A stretch of 64,000 nucleotides of DNA from Geosiphon pyriformis uo1. Lineage: Eukaryota > Fungi > Glomeromycota. The notes below the pieces were generated by a model. The model had not been told where the DNA came from and searched no databases. It saw only the letters and a list, made by a program, of their open reading frames with translations. Positions 23,346 through 35,076 of this stretch are shown one piece after another. A program made the translations under genes and the position numbers. Location of the stretch: the NCBI GenBank assembly GCA_016748015.1, contig JAAOMT010000372.1:856802-920801 (forward strand). Direction: 5' to 3'. Within the stretch, counting starts at the first letter, position 1, and each line of letters begins with the position of its first letter.

Positions 23346-23599
23346 AATATATATAATTGGTTATTATATTATGCATGTGATATATAGATCATGTGATAAA
23401 ATATTAATCATTTTTTATAGTCCCATCTCTCTATAGTCACCACAAATGTGCTGACCAAAAGGTGTGATTATAAAGAGAGTTCACTGTATATGTGTTAATT
23501 ATTTATTTCCATTGGTGTTTTTTGGTTTGCCAAGATTTTTTTGTATTCAACTTAATTAAACTGTTAGATTGTGTCATATTTTTTTGTTGTAATTAAACT

Positions 23600-24830
23600 A
23601 ATTACTGATCATTTATTTTCAGATTGCTGACTGATTTTGTTGATTAAATATGATAATATAGATCTTTTTTGTATGGTTTTGATGTTAATTTTTATTGTAT
23701 ATATTGTAATTTTTGTATTAAAAAGTGTGAAAATCTTCTGGTAACAAAATATTTGATTTATAAATTTATTTTCATATTTTAATATATACTTTTTATGCTT
23801 ATATATTTTTTCTAAAAGTTTTTTTTGAAATTGCAAAACATCATTTTTTTCATGTTCATCATAATATAAGCCTTAATAATATTGTTGGAATAAATAACCA
23901 AGAATTTTGAGCCATCTTACTGCAGTCATAAGATTAATGGTTTTTTTCTTCATTATTCCAATATTAAAAAACAATTCATGCTTGATAAATTTTTTAAATG
24001 TGGTTAAAGTAGCATTGAAGTTTTGGTTTCTAATCCAAATATGACATTTTTCTGTAATATCTTTATCATCAATTATTCTAATTATTTTTTGGTGTTTTTT
24101 ATGTTTTAATATTAAAAACTTATTATTAAGCAACCAATATTTTGCAAGATATCAAATTTTTCGTGCTTTCTATACACTACTATTAATAAAAATCTTTTAG
24201 ACAATTTTCAAACTAGCATTAATTTTTTCATGTCTATTATTATTATTTAAGAAGGTAAGATATTCAAAAATAGCTTTTTTTTTATTATATTTAAAAACAG
24301 TTAACTGGACATGTTGTTTTTCTAAATGTTCTTTTAACTTTTGCTCTTTTTTTATTTGACTAGCATATAAATCAACCTTACTTTCTGAATTATTTAAAGA
24401 TTTATTAGATTTAAACCATTGTAAGTCTGTAGTTTGAACATTATTAATATTAAAAAAAGTGGTAATTTTTTTAATTCTGGCTGCTGTTTTGATGAATAAA
24501 CTATTTGGTTCATATTTATCATAATAGGTTAACTTTAATATTTTTTTTGTTATGTAAAAGTCTTGTTTTTTTTTTAAATAATTGTTATTTTTCATATTAA
24601 ACTGAGTTTTTTTAATTTTGTATTTATTCTAATTATGGCTTCCATATCTTTTGTATCATTTTATTCACTGTTATTATTGTTATCTACTCTTTATTACTAA
24701 CATTTAATTTGTTAAATTCATTTATTTTAATATCATAATCATTTATTGAAGTAATATAATGTGTTTTTTTATATAATTTTTTTGTATTTCTAACTTGATT
24801 TTTAGCTTTTTTTTTTTTTAGAATAAAGTG
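23600..24830 (-). pseudogene. Degenerate N-terminal part of a fungal IS630/Tc1-mariner-like transposase
   Basis: HQKIIRIIDD.DI...C..WIR, TAVRWLKILGY and GLYYDEHEK (a degenerate GxYxDGHER motif), followed by FQKKLLEKI. Confidence 0.6.
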
Positions 24831-26698
24831 GCATTTTTTTATGTGATATAATATTAATCTAGTGTGTAATTAGTATTTGGACAGAATTAAAAGATTTGAA
24901 TCATGTAATATTGTATAACAAAATTATATTACAATAGAAATAGCATTTTTAATTTAGGTATATATCTATTCTTTAAATTTTTTTGGTTCCAATTTAAACT
25001 TTAATTTCTGTTTTATAGTTTTAGATAAGAAACAATCAAAAAAACCTCCTTTAGTATTTATTAAAAAAAATTTTTTATTAGAATTGGGGAAATTATCTAA
25101 GCTAAAAATTCAGGTAACATCAATAAAAATAGTTATCACAAAAACTTCTTCGACTTATAACAAAGAATTTGGGCAATAAAATTTAACATTAACAATTAAA
25201 CAACCAACTTAAAAAAAAACCTGATTTTCAAATTAAAGCCAATTTTTCAGAGCTGATAAAAAATTTATTACAAATAATTATTAATCAAAAAAATAGTAGG
25301 TAAAGATATTTGAGATAGATTTCAATTTTAGTATTACAGCCTAGTTGTAACTTCTTATTTTCATATTTAGTGATTAATAATATGCTGAATTATTTATGGA
25401 TTTACTATTCAAAAAAGAATATTCAAAATATTATAATGTAATTAAAAAGCCAAAATCTTTAAATATAATTGAGATTGGTACTATATACTTTTTTCCTATT
25501 GGTTGCTTAATACTTGACATATGTTTTCTATATCATATTAGTAAAAAATTCGAAAAAAATATCATCTATTTATAAATTTGATTAGAACTTGCAATTGATT
25601 TTAAAAATACTATATATTTTAATAATAATTTACATATTTTTAAAGATGTCAAATTCTTACAAGTAAAAAAATTATTAGATCTTTACAAAAAAATTTGGGT
25701 TTTATTTACTTGAAAACAAACTTGTTAGAAAATATACAACACTAACAAAAAAAAGCTATTTAAGATTATAGGCTTTAAGACAACTTCAGTTTTCTTAATT
25801 AAAGTAAAGCCAAAGATCTTTTAATTTTAACCTGATTCTCCTAAATTAACATCAACTGATATAAGTTTCTTAATTATTGTAATAAGCTATTATATATTAC
25901 ATTCTAATAAGTTGTTAAAATATTCAACAATCAAAATTCTTTTTACAGTCTAGAAAACCAATTTTAAAACTAAATTATGATTCAGTCAAATACACAATAA
26001 GTATTTTAGTCATTATATTTCTCTTTAGTATAATTTATCATTTAAATATTAAATTTAACTAAAAATTTTTATTATAAAAAATTTCATATATTTCTTAGAT
26101 TCAAGCAATTTTTTGAAACACAACATTATAGTTATTGAAAGGTTATTTGTGAATTCAAAGTAAGTATTCACATTATAATAATACAAGATTACAAATAGAG
26201 CACAAATGATATTTCCAAATTCTCTAACAATTGTTTATAGTATTTTTATGATTTCTTTGACATCTGGTGTAAACAATATTGATATTTGAGTTTTTGTTTC
26301 AATAATAACAACTAAATATGGTAGTAGTGTGAATAAAATATTCATAATTAATAATGTTGTGTTATCAGCAAAAGACATGCAGACCGAAAGATATTATATC
26401 TTTATAAAAAAGTAATCATCTAAAGATTAGATTAATATTAATTAAAAGCCTTTCTGAAAAGAATAATACTTTGATGATTTATCACGTGGTAACGTGACTT
26501 TAATGATTGCTGATTGGCTAAAATCTGATTGATCGGCATCCGAAAATTAAAGATTAATAATAAAAGTGGCTAATTTTAAACTTTAATAACTTTATAAATT
26601 ATAATATAATTCAAAAAATTAAACTGTAAATGTGAAAGAGAAGAACTTAATCTATTATATTTACAGTTTAGTTTTTTAATATTATTAAAATTGGAAGA

Positions 26699-26962
26699 CT
26701 AGATACAATTTAAAATTATATAAATTGTTTGATGACTATAAATGGTTTGCACCATACTCAGTTCCCATTTTGCCCTGTTATTTATTGCTGGGTGTCTGTA
26801 ATTACTTAACAAATCACCTTTCATATTGCCATTATTATCACGTTCTGCCTTTTCATTTTCTAATCTGGCAATCTCCTCATCTATTAATATCTGTTCCCAG
26901 TTACGTAATTGATTTTTCCAATCATCGAGCGTTATTAAACTTGATGGTTTGATATCTTGCAT
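26699..26962 (-). pseudogene. C-terminal exon fragment of a hAT-type transposase-like protein
   Basis: W..QL.NWEQILIDEEIARLE...GDLLSNY.HPAIN.RAKWEL resembles the acidic tail of Glomeromycota hAT/RNase H-like proteins (recall, not searched). Preceded by a CTAA..ATAG acceptor on the minus strand. Confidence 0.5.
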
Positions 26963-27270
26963 CCTATATTTATTTAGTTCGTTAGTAGGTTCATTGGTAG
27001 ACTCATCGGCAACCTCATTGATGGGTACATTTTAATAGAGAAAAAATTTTGCCAAGCCACTGGACATCACTGGACGTCCATCCAGTGACATTCCAATTCA
27101 CTGCTATCACTAAGAGTTATAATTTTAGAATAAATAAGAAAATTCGCAATTCTAGCCTATTATTATGATTTATGATCAGTTGTTTTGAATTTTTTGTTCC
27201 TCGACTAAAGTCCTTGATGTTCAATAGTTCACATCACCTTGACTAAAGTCCTCTTCTCTATTTTTCTACA

Positions 27271-30200
27271 GGCCTGTGAGATGTCATCTGGCTTCAGAAG
27301 GCACTTCTTGTCGTTGGATGCTCTCATGGAAGACAGTATAACTGCTAAGTGTTCGGAAGAATGATGGTCAGAACTGTAGTTAACCTGCATCCTAGCAATG
27401 TAGCTCACACTTGGCTGTCAAGAGTTGTATTGTAAGCACACACGGCCTGTGAGATGTCATCTGGCTTCAGAAGGCACTTCTTGTCATTGGACGCTCTCAT
27501 GGAAGACAGTATAACTGCTAAGTGTTCGGAAGAATGATGGTCAGAACTGTAGTTAACCTGCATCCTAGCAATGTAGCTCACACTTGGCTGTCAAGAGTTG
27601 TATTGTAAGCACACACGGCCTGTGAGATGTCATCTGGCTTCAGAAGGCACTTCTTGTCATTGGACGCTCTCATGGAAGACAGTATAACTGCTAAGTGTTC
27701 GGAAGAATGATGGTCAGAACTGTAGTTAACCTGCATCCTAGCAATGTAGCTCACACTTGGCTGTCAAGAGTTGTATTGTAAGCACACACGGCCTGTGAGA
27801 TGTCATCTGGCTTCAGAAGGCACTTCTTGTCATTGGACGCTCTCATGGAAGACAGTATAACTGCTAAGTGTTCGGAAGAATGATGGTCAGAACTGTAGTT
27901 AACCTGCATCCTAGCAATGTAGCTCACACTTGGCTGTCAAGAGTTGTATTGTAAGCACACACGGCCTGTGAGATGTCGTCTGGCTTTAGAAGTTACTTCT
28001 TGTCGTTGGACGCTCTCATGGAAGACAGTATAACTGCTAAGTGTTCGGAAGAAAGATGGTCAGAACTGTAGTTAACCTGCATTGTGGTGATGTAGCTCAC
28101 ACTTGGCTGTCAAGAGTTGTATTGTAAGCACACACGACCTGTGAGATGTCGTCTGGCTTCAGAAGGCACTTCTTGTTGTTGGACGCTCTCATGGAAGACA
28201 GTATAACTGCTAAGTGTTTGGAAGAATGATGGTCAGAACTGTAGTTAACCTGCATTGTGGTGATGTAGCTCACACTTGGCTGTCAAAAGTTGTATTGTAA
28301 GCACACACGGCCTGTGAGATGTTGTCTGGCTTCAGAAGGCACTTCTTGTTATTAAACGCTCTCATGGAAGACAGTATAACTGCTAAGTGTTCGGAAGAAA
28401 GATGGTCAGAACTGTAGTTAACCTGCATTGTGGTGATGTAGCTCACACTTGGCTGTCAAGAGTTGTACTGTAAACACACACGGCTGGTCATTCTTGCAGC
28501 AATCCTATCGGATGATTCGTAAGTATTCAAATGATGGGAAACAAAATGAAATACAAAAATTCATTGATTAGTGACATCCCCTTCCTTGACTTTTTGTTCC
28601 TTCACATCAACTTGACTAAAGTATCTTTTCTCTATCTTTCTACAGGCCTGTGAGATGTCATCTGGCTTCAGAAGGCACTTCTTGTCGTTGGATGCTCTCA
28701 TGGAAGACAGTATAACTGCTAAGTGTTTGGAAGAATGATGGTTAGAACTGTAGTTAACTTGCATCCTAGCGATGTAGCTCACACTTGGCTGTCAAGAGTT
28801 GTATTGTAAGCACACACGACCTGTGAGATGTCGTTTGGCTTCAGAAGGCACTTCTTGTCGTTGGACGCTCTCATGGAAGACAGTATAACTGCTAAGTGTT
28901 TGGAAGAACGATGGTCAGAACTGTAGTTAACCTGCATTGTGGTGATGTAGCTCACACTTGGCTGTCAAGAGTTGTATTGTAAGCACACACGGCCTGTGAG
29001 ATGTCGTCTGGCTTTAGAAGGCACTTCTTGTCGTTGGACGCTCTCATGGAAGACAGTATAAGTGCTAAGTGTTCGGAAGAACGATGGTCAGAACTGTAGT
29101 TAACCTGCATCCTAGCGATGTAGCTCACACTTGGCTGTCAAGAGTTGTATTGTAAGCACACACGACCTGTGAGATGTCGTCTGGCTTCAGAAGGCACTTC
29201 TTGTCATTGGATGCTCTCATGGAAGACAGTATAACTGCTAAGTGTTCGGAAGAACGATGGTCAGAACTGTAGTTAACCTGCATCCTAGCGATGTAGCTCT
29301 CACTTGGCTGTCAAGAGTTGTATTGTAAGCACACACAGCCTGTAAGATGTCGTTTGGCTTCAGAAGGCACTTCTTGTCATTGGACGCTCTCATGAAAGAC
29401 AGTATAACTGCTAAGTGTTCGAAAGAATGATGGTCAGAACTGTAGTTAACCTGCATCCTAGCGATGTAGCTCACACTTGGCTGTCAAGAGTTGTATTGTA
29501 AGCACACACGGCCTGTCAGATGTCATCTGGCTTCAGAAGACACTTCTTGTCATTAGATGCTCTCATGAAAGACAGTATAACTGCTAAGTGTTTGGAAGAA
29601 CGATGGTCAGAACTGTAGTTAACCTGCATCCTAGTAATGTAGCTTACACTTGGCTGTCAAGAGTTGTATTGTAAGCACACACGACCTGTGAGATGTCATC
29701 TGGCTTTAGAAGGCACTTCTTGTTGTTAGATGCTCTCATGAAAGACAGTATAACTGCTAAGTGTTTGGAAGAACGATGGTCAGCACTGTAGTTAACCTGC
29801 ATCCTAGCAATGTAGCTCACACTTGGCTGTCAAGAGTTGTATTGTAAGCACACACAGCCTGTGAGATGTTGTCTGGCTTCAGAAGTTACTTCTTGTCGTT
29901 GGACGCTCTCATGGAAGACAGTATAACTGCTAAGTGTTCGGAAGAACGATGGTCAGAACTGTAGTTAACCTGCATTGTGGTAATGTAGCTCACACTTGGC
30001 TGTCAAGAGTTGTATTGTAAGCACACACGACCTGTGAGATGTCGTCTGGCTTCAGAAGGCACTTCTTGTCATTGGACGCTCTCATGAAAGACAGTATAAC
30101 TGCTAAGTGTTTGGAAGAACGATGGTCAGAACTGTAGTTAACCTGCATCCTAGCAATGTAGCTCACACTTGGCTGTCAAGAGTTGTATTGTAAGCATACA

Positions 30201-32225
30201 CGACCTGTAAGATGTCGTCTGGCTTCAGAAAGCACTTCTTGTCGTTGGACGCTCTCATGGAAGACAGTATAAGTGCTAAGTGTTCGGAAGAATGATGGTC
30301 AGAACTGTAGTTAACCTGCATCCTAGCGATGTAGCTCACACTTGGCTGTCAAGAGTTGTATTGTAAGCACACACAGCCTGTGAGATGTCGTCTGGCTTCA
30401 GAAGACACTTCTTGTCGTTGGACGCTCTCATGAAAGACAGTATAACTGCTAAGTGTTCGGAAAAACGATGGTCAGAACTGTAGTTAACCTGCATTGTGGT
30501 AATGTAGCTCACACTTGGCTGTCAAGAGTTGTATTGTAAGCACACACAACCTGTGAGATGTCGTCTGGCTTCAGAAGTTACTTCTTGTCGTTGGACGCTC
30601 TCATGGAAGACAGTATAACTGCTAAGTGTTTGGAAGAACGATGGTCAGAACTGTAGTTAACCTGCATTGTGGTGATGTAGCTCACACTTGGCTGTCAAGA
30701 GTTGTATTGTAAGCACACACGACCTGTGAGATGTCGTCTGGCTTTAGAAGGCACTTCTTGTCGTTGGACGCTCTCATGAAAGACAGTATAACTGCTAAGT
30801 GTTTGGAAGAACGATAGTCAGAACTGTAGTTAACCTGCATTGTGGTGATGTAGCTCACACTTGGCTGTCAAGAGTTGTATTGTAAGCACACACGGCCTGT
30901 GAGATGTTGTCTGGCTTCAGAAGACACTTCTTGTCGTTGGACGCTCTCATGAAAGACAGTATAACTGCTAAGTGTTTGGAAGAATGATGGTCAGAACTGT
31001 AGTTAACCTGCATCCTAGCAATGTAGCTCACACTTGGCTGTCAAGAGTTGTATTGTAAGCACACACGACCTGTGAGATGTCGTCTGGCTTCAGAAGTTAC
31101 TTCTTGCCGTTGGACGCTCTCATGGAAGACAGTATAACTGCTAAGTGTTCGGAAGAATGATAGTCAGAACTGTAGTTAACCTGCATTGTGGTGATGTAGC
31201 TCACACTTGGCTGTCAAGAGTTGTATTGTAAGCACACACGGTCTGTGAGATGTCGTCTGGCTTCAGAAGGCACTTCTTGTCGTTGGACGCTCTCATGGAA
31301 GACAGTATAACTGCTAAGTGTTCGGAAGAACGATGGTCAGAACTGTAGTTAACCTGCATTGTGGTGATGTAGCTCACACTTGGCTGTCAAGAGTTGTATT
31401 GTAAGCACACACGACCTGTGAGATGTCGTCTGGCTTCAGAAGGCACTTCTTGTCATTGGACGCTCTCATGGAAGACAGTATAACTGCTAAGTGTTTGGAA
31501 GAACGATGGTCAGAACTGTAGTTAACCTGCATTGTGGTGATGTAGCTCACACTTGGCTGTCAAGAGTTGTATTGTAAGCACACACGACCTGTGAGATGTC
31601 GTCTGGCTTCAGAAGGCACTTCTTGTCATTGGACGCTCTCATGGAAGACAGTATAACTGCTAAGTGTTTGGAAGAACGATGGTCAGAACTGTAGTTAACC
31701 TGCATTGTGGTGATGTAGCTCACACTTGGCTGTCAAGAGTTGTATTGTAAGCACACACGACCTGTGAGATGTCGTCTGGCTTCAGAAGGCACTTCTTGTC
31801 GTTGGATGCTCTCATGGAAGACAGTATAACTGCTAAGTGTTCGGAAGAACGATGGTCAGAACTGTAGTTAACCTGCATCTTAGCGATGTAGCTGACACTT
31901 GGCTGTCAAGAGTTGTACTGTGAGCACACACGGCTGGTCATTCTTGCAGCAATCCTATCGGATGATTCGTAAGTATTCAAATGATGGGAAACAAAATGAA
32001 ATACAAAAATTCATTGATTAGCGACGTCCCCTTCCTTGACTTTTTGTTTCTTCACATCAACTTGACTAAAGTATCTTTTCTCTATCTTTCTACAGGCCTG
32101 TGAGATGTCGTCGGGCTTCAGAAGACTCTTCTTATTGTTGGACGCTCAGTACAACTGCTAAGTGTTCGGAGGAATGTATGGTCAGAACTGTCGTTAACCT
32201 GCATTGTGGTGATGTAGTTCATGAT
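27271..32225. repeat. Tandem array of 173-bp units: 7 units (27271-28481), 163-bp spacer, 19 units (28645-31931), same spacer (31932-32094), 1 diverged partial unit
   Basis: Period measured directly (27271, 27444, 27617...). Both blocks are exact multiples of 173, so there are no indels. GC is clearly higher than in the flanks. Confidence 0.97.
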
Positions 32226-33198
32226 CAATAGCCAAGAGTGCGTATCGCAAGCATATGGTCCATTTCTTACATCTGCATGCCACTTTTGGCTGTGGATGGT
32301 GGGGATGTGTTGCAACCATAGAATTTTGGGTGACATGATGATGTAGCTTAGCTTCTTTGAGTCTTTTTTCGCCCAATTGAATCTGATGTTCAATTCGGCT
32401 TTCTGTGCATTTGTTTCTTTTATAAATTGTAACAGAGAATTGAATATACAGTCAAATTTCTAAAATTTAATTTTAAGTTTACTGTAAAAGTTTGATACAA
32501 AGTTCTAAATTCAAAACTGAATTGTGTTACATTGCATTTATATTTGTGAATTGTTAAAATTGAATTAAAAATTAAATAACAAATTTGAAATATTAATGTA
32601 ATTTTTTTTGTTTTAACAATGTGTACTTATTTTTCACTAATGTAATTATTTATGCTAATGCTTCAAACTGAATTGTACTAAGTGGAAAAAAAAAATATGA
32701 TTTATAAAAGCTTGTTGTCTATTTAATAAAAAATAAAATAAAATTATCTGTTTTTACTATAGTATCTATTACAAAAAAACATTTAAATTTTCCAAGAAAA
32801 TTAAGCAAATACTAAATAAATATGCAAAAAAACAAATACTTTTTCAATCTTTTAATAATACTAAAAAATTCAGAATTATTATTTAGTATTAATACCATTT
32901 AAAAAAAATGAGTAATATTTACCAATAATAACATTAAATTATGTAATTATTATTTGATTTTTTGCTACTTTAAATTTAATTTAAAATATTTTGAAAATTA
33001 TTTTTAATTTTTATAAAAATAACTTTTAAAATTTTAATTAATATTATAATTTAGATTATTTTATAATTTAAAAAAAACTTTTTTTTTCTCTCCTATCTCC
33101 AAAAAACCCCAATGAACACTTTTCTGAGAAAAAAAAGTTTTTTTGTTTTTTTTTGTTAATAATATATCAACATTTTTTTAACTAACAACTCTTTTATC

Positions 33199-35076
33199 AT
33201 GGATTTGGAGGCTGTCTCTAATGGCAACATGTCTAATAAGAAGGCTCCTAAGGGTGTGTTTCACAGTCCTGCTGGTGGTTTCTTTTCACAAAGAAAGAAG
33301 GCTTTTATTGGAAATGTTAAACACTCTGGTGATGAAAAAGATATTTTTTTAAAGTCTGGTTCTGGTGCTAGTATATATTCTGATGTAGAGAGCCTATCTG
33401 GCGATAATGAAGATATTAGTATGTCTAGTAGTTTTGATGGTTCTCTCTTAGACTCAGCTGTTAATACTCCTAAGACTAAATAAGTGAATACTGGTATGAA
33501 TTTTAGTTCTCCTAACTTTGAAATATATGAACAAGTGAAGTCCCTTCCACCTCCTCTTAAGAAAAAGATTCCTTTGGATAGGATTTGGATTGATCACAAG
33601 ATCATCAAAACTCCTGTAAAGATGTCAGTTAAGAAATCATTTGCTTTAGACATCAATTTTTTGGCTGTAGAAGAGAAATCGGCTATGCAAAAAACTCAAT
33701 TCATCAGAAACTTTTTTTCAAAAAGCAATGGTTTTGGGGGGGCCACTACTCTCTCAAAATTTAAGGAGATCATTCAATCTACCTTCACTTCTGAAGAAAG
33801 CATAGAAAAAGCCGCATTATTGGCCAGGGAAAATGGGATCATTGTAAACACCGATCTTAAAAAACAAGAAATGTGCTCAGATCGGGCCATAGTTATCAAA
33901 GAAATTCTCATGGATATACCAAAGGAGATAATTGTCACTGCAGTATTCACATTTGGAAAGATTAAGTCTATTAAAATCCAGTTGATTGGCATGTGGCAAA
34001 AGACTATGGTAGAGTTCGCCAAATTGGGTCAAGCTGATCTGTTGGCCTTAAAGTGGTCATTCTTAATCAGAAAAAATTCAGTGCATATGGCCAAAGCCAT
34101 GGGAGATCGGGATACTTGGGCATCTAAAGATCGCTTCAGGGTACTGTTGTTTACTTTGCTGATGAGAACAACTGTGCACAATCTTGGTACTCTTTTGAAT
34201 GGGACCAGTGGGAAAACTTGCATCATAAATCAATCTTTTGAAACTGGCAATAGGGTTCATTGTGCTGTGGTTGGCTTTGAATCCAAGAGGGATTTGGATT
34301 CTGCCTTTCATACTGAACCTATTTTTGGTGGTATGTGACTTTCATGGGCTAAATTAAATTTGGTTAGGTGTGAGAAGTGTGGGCATTTTGGTCATTTGGC
34401 TCTTGAGTGCAATGCCTCAGATGCACCTGCTCCTAAGCCTTCTGTTTCTCTTAAAAAACTTGCCTTTGGTTTAAATTGCCTTTGACTGGCTAAGTTGTAT
34501 GCTAAAAAAAATGTTTCTATTTCTCATCCGGCTGCCTTTGGTGGCAAGTCTTGGGCTCAGGTTGTCTCTGATGTGTCATCCTCTGGCCACCCACTTTTTG
34601 ACTCTGGTCTTGGCTCTGGTTCTTTTCCTTTTGGTGCCTTTGGTTTGGGTGGTGCTGCTCTTCTATCATCTGTTAACAATTTTTTCTTGGGTGAACGTTT
34701 AGCATCTTTAGAATGCTCTCTTGGGCTATTGGTTGACCAAGTTTCTGGTATAGTGAAGAGGTTGAGCTTTGTTGAACTGGTGCTTTTGGTGCCATCCTCT
34801 CTTGGGTCTCTTATTGCTGCTATTGCATTCAAAAATTTGATGCTGAATTCAGATATGATTTTGGATGGCACTTCGGTGTCGGGTGCTTCTCATCTTTCTT
34901 TTGTGGTTGATGGTATGCATAATTTTAGTTCAAGCAGCTTCAAGGTTCTCACCAGCAAAGTAGGTGGTCTAAAGACTAAGTTGGCTTCATTGGAAGCTTC
35001 TATTGGTTCGGTGTTGGCTAGGTTAGATTTTTTATGTTTGAGTTTGGGTTCTCTGTCATTTTCTGTGCCCCAATGA
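33199..35076 (+). pseudogene. LINE A ORF1 (RRM-like modules, CCHC knuckle, C-terminal coiled coil)
   Basis: Single frame with a few stops; CEKCGHFGHLALEC knuckle at ~34370; GGKSWAQVV. Confidence 0.88.

Larger units (their letters stand above)
19219..23486 (+). mobile_element. pogo/Tigger-type (Tc1/mariner superfamily) TIR DNA transposon, 4.27 kb
   Basis: TA|CAATGAACTCTCTCTATAGTC ... GATTATAAAGAGAGTTCACTG|TA terminal inverted repeats with TA TSD; internal DDE_1 transposase. Confidence 0.88.

Noticed and set aside
24830-26450. Possible decayed coding or TE sequence
   Set aside because: Too degenerate to assign a family by eye.
27271-27443. Known ribozyme or snRNA/5S gene in the 173-bp unit
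   Set aside because: No CTGANGA/GAAA hammerhead core. The partial resemblance to twister (CCTGTGAG..TTCAGAAGG) lacks the required internal loop and pseudoknot motifs. No 5S or U-snRNA signature recognised.
27271-32225. CRISPR array
   Set aside because: Units are contiguous near-identical repeats without unique spacers, there are no cas genes, and the context is eukaryotic.
32447-32485. Tiny TA-CAGT...ACTG-TA pogo-like MITE
   Set aside because: Only ~38 bp with an imperfect short inverted repeat in AT-rich DNA; could be chance.
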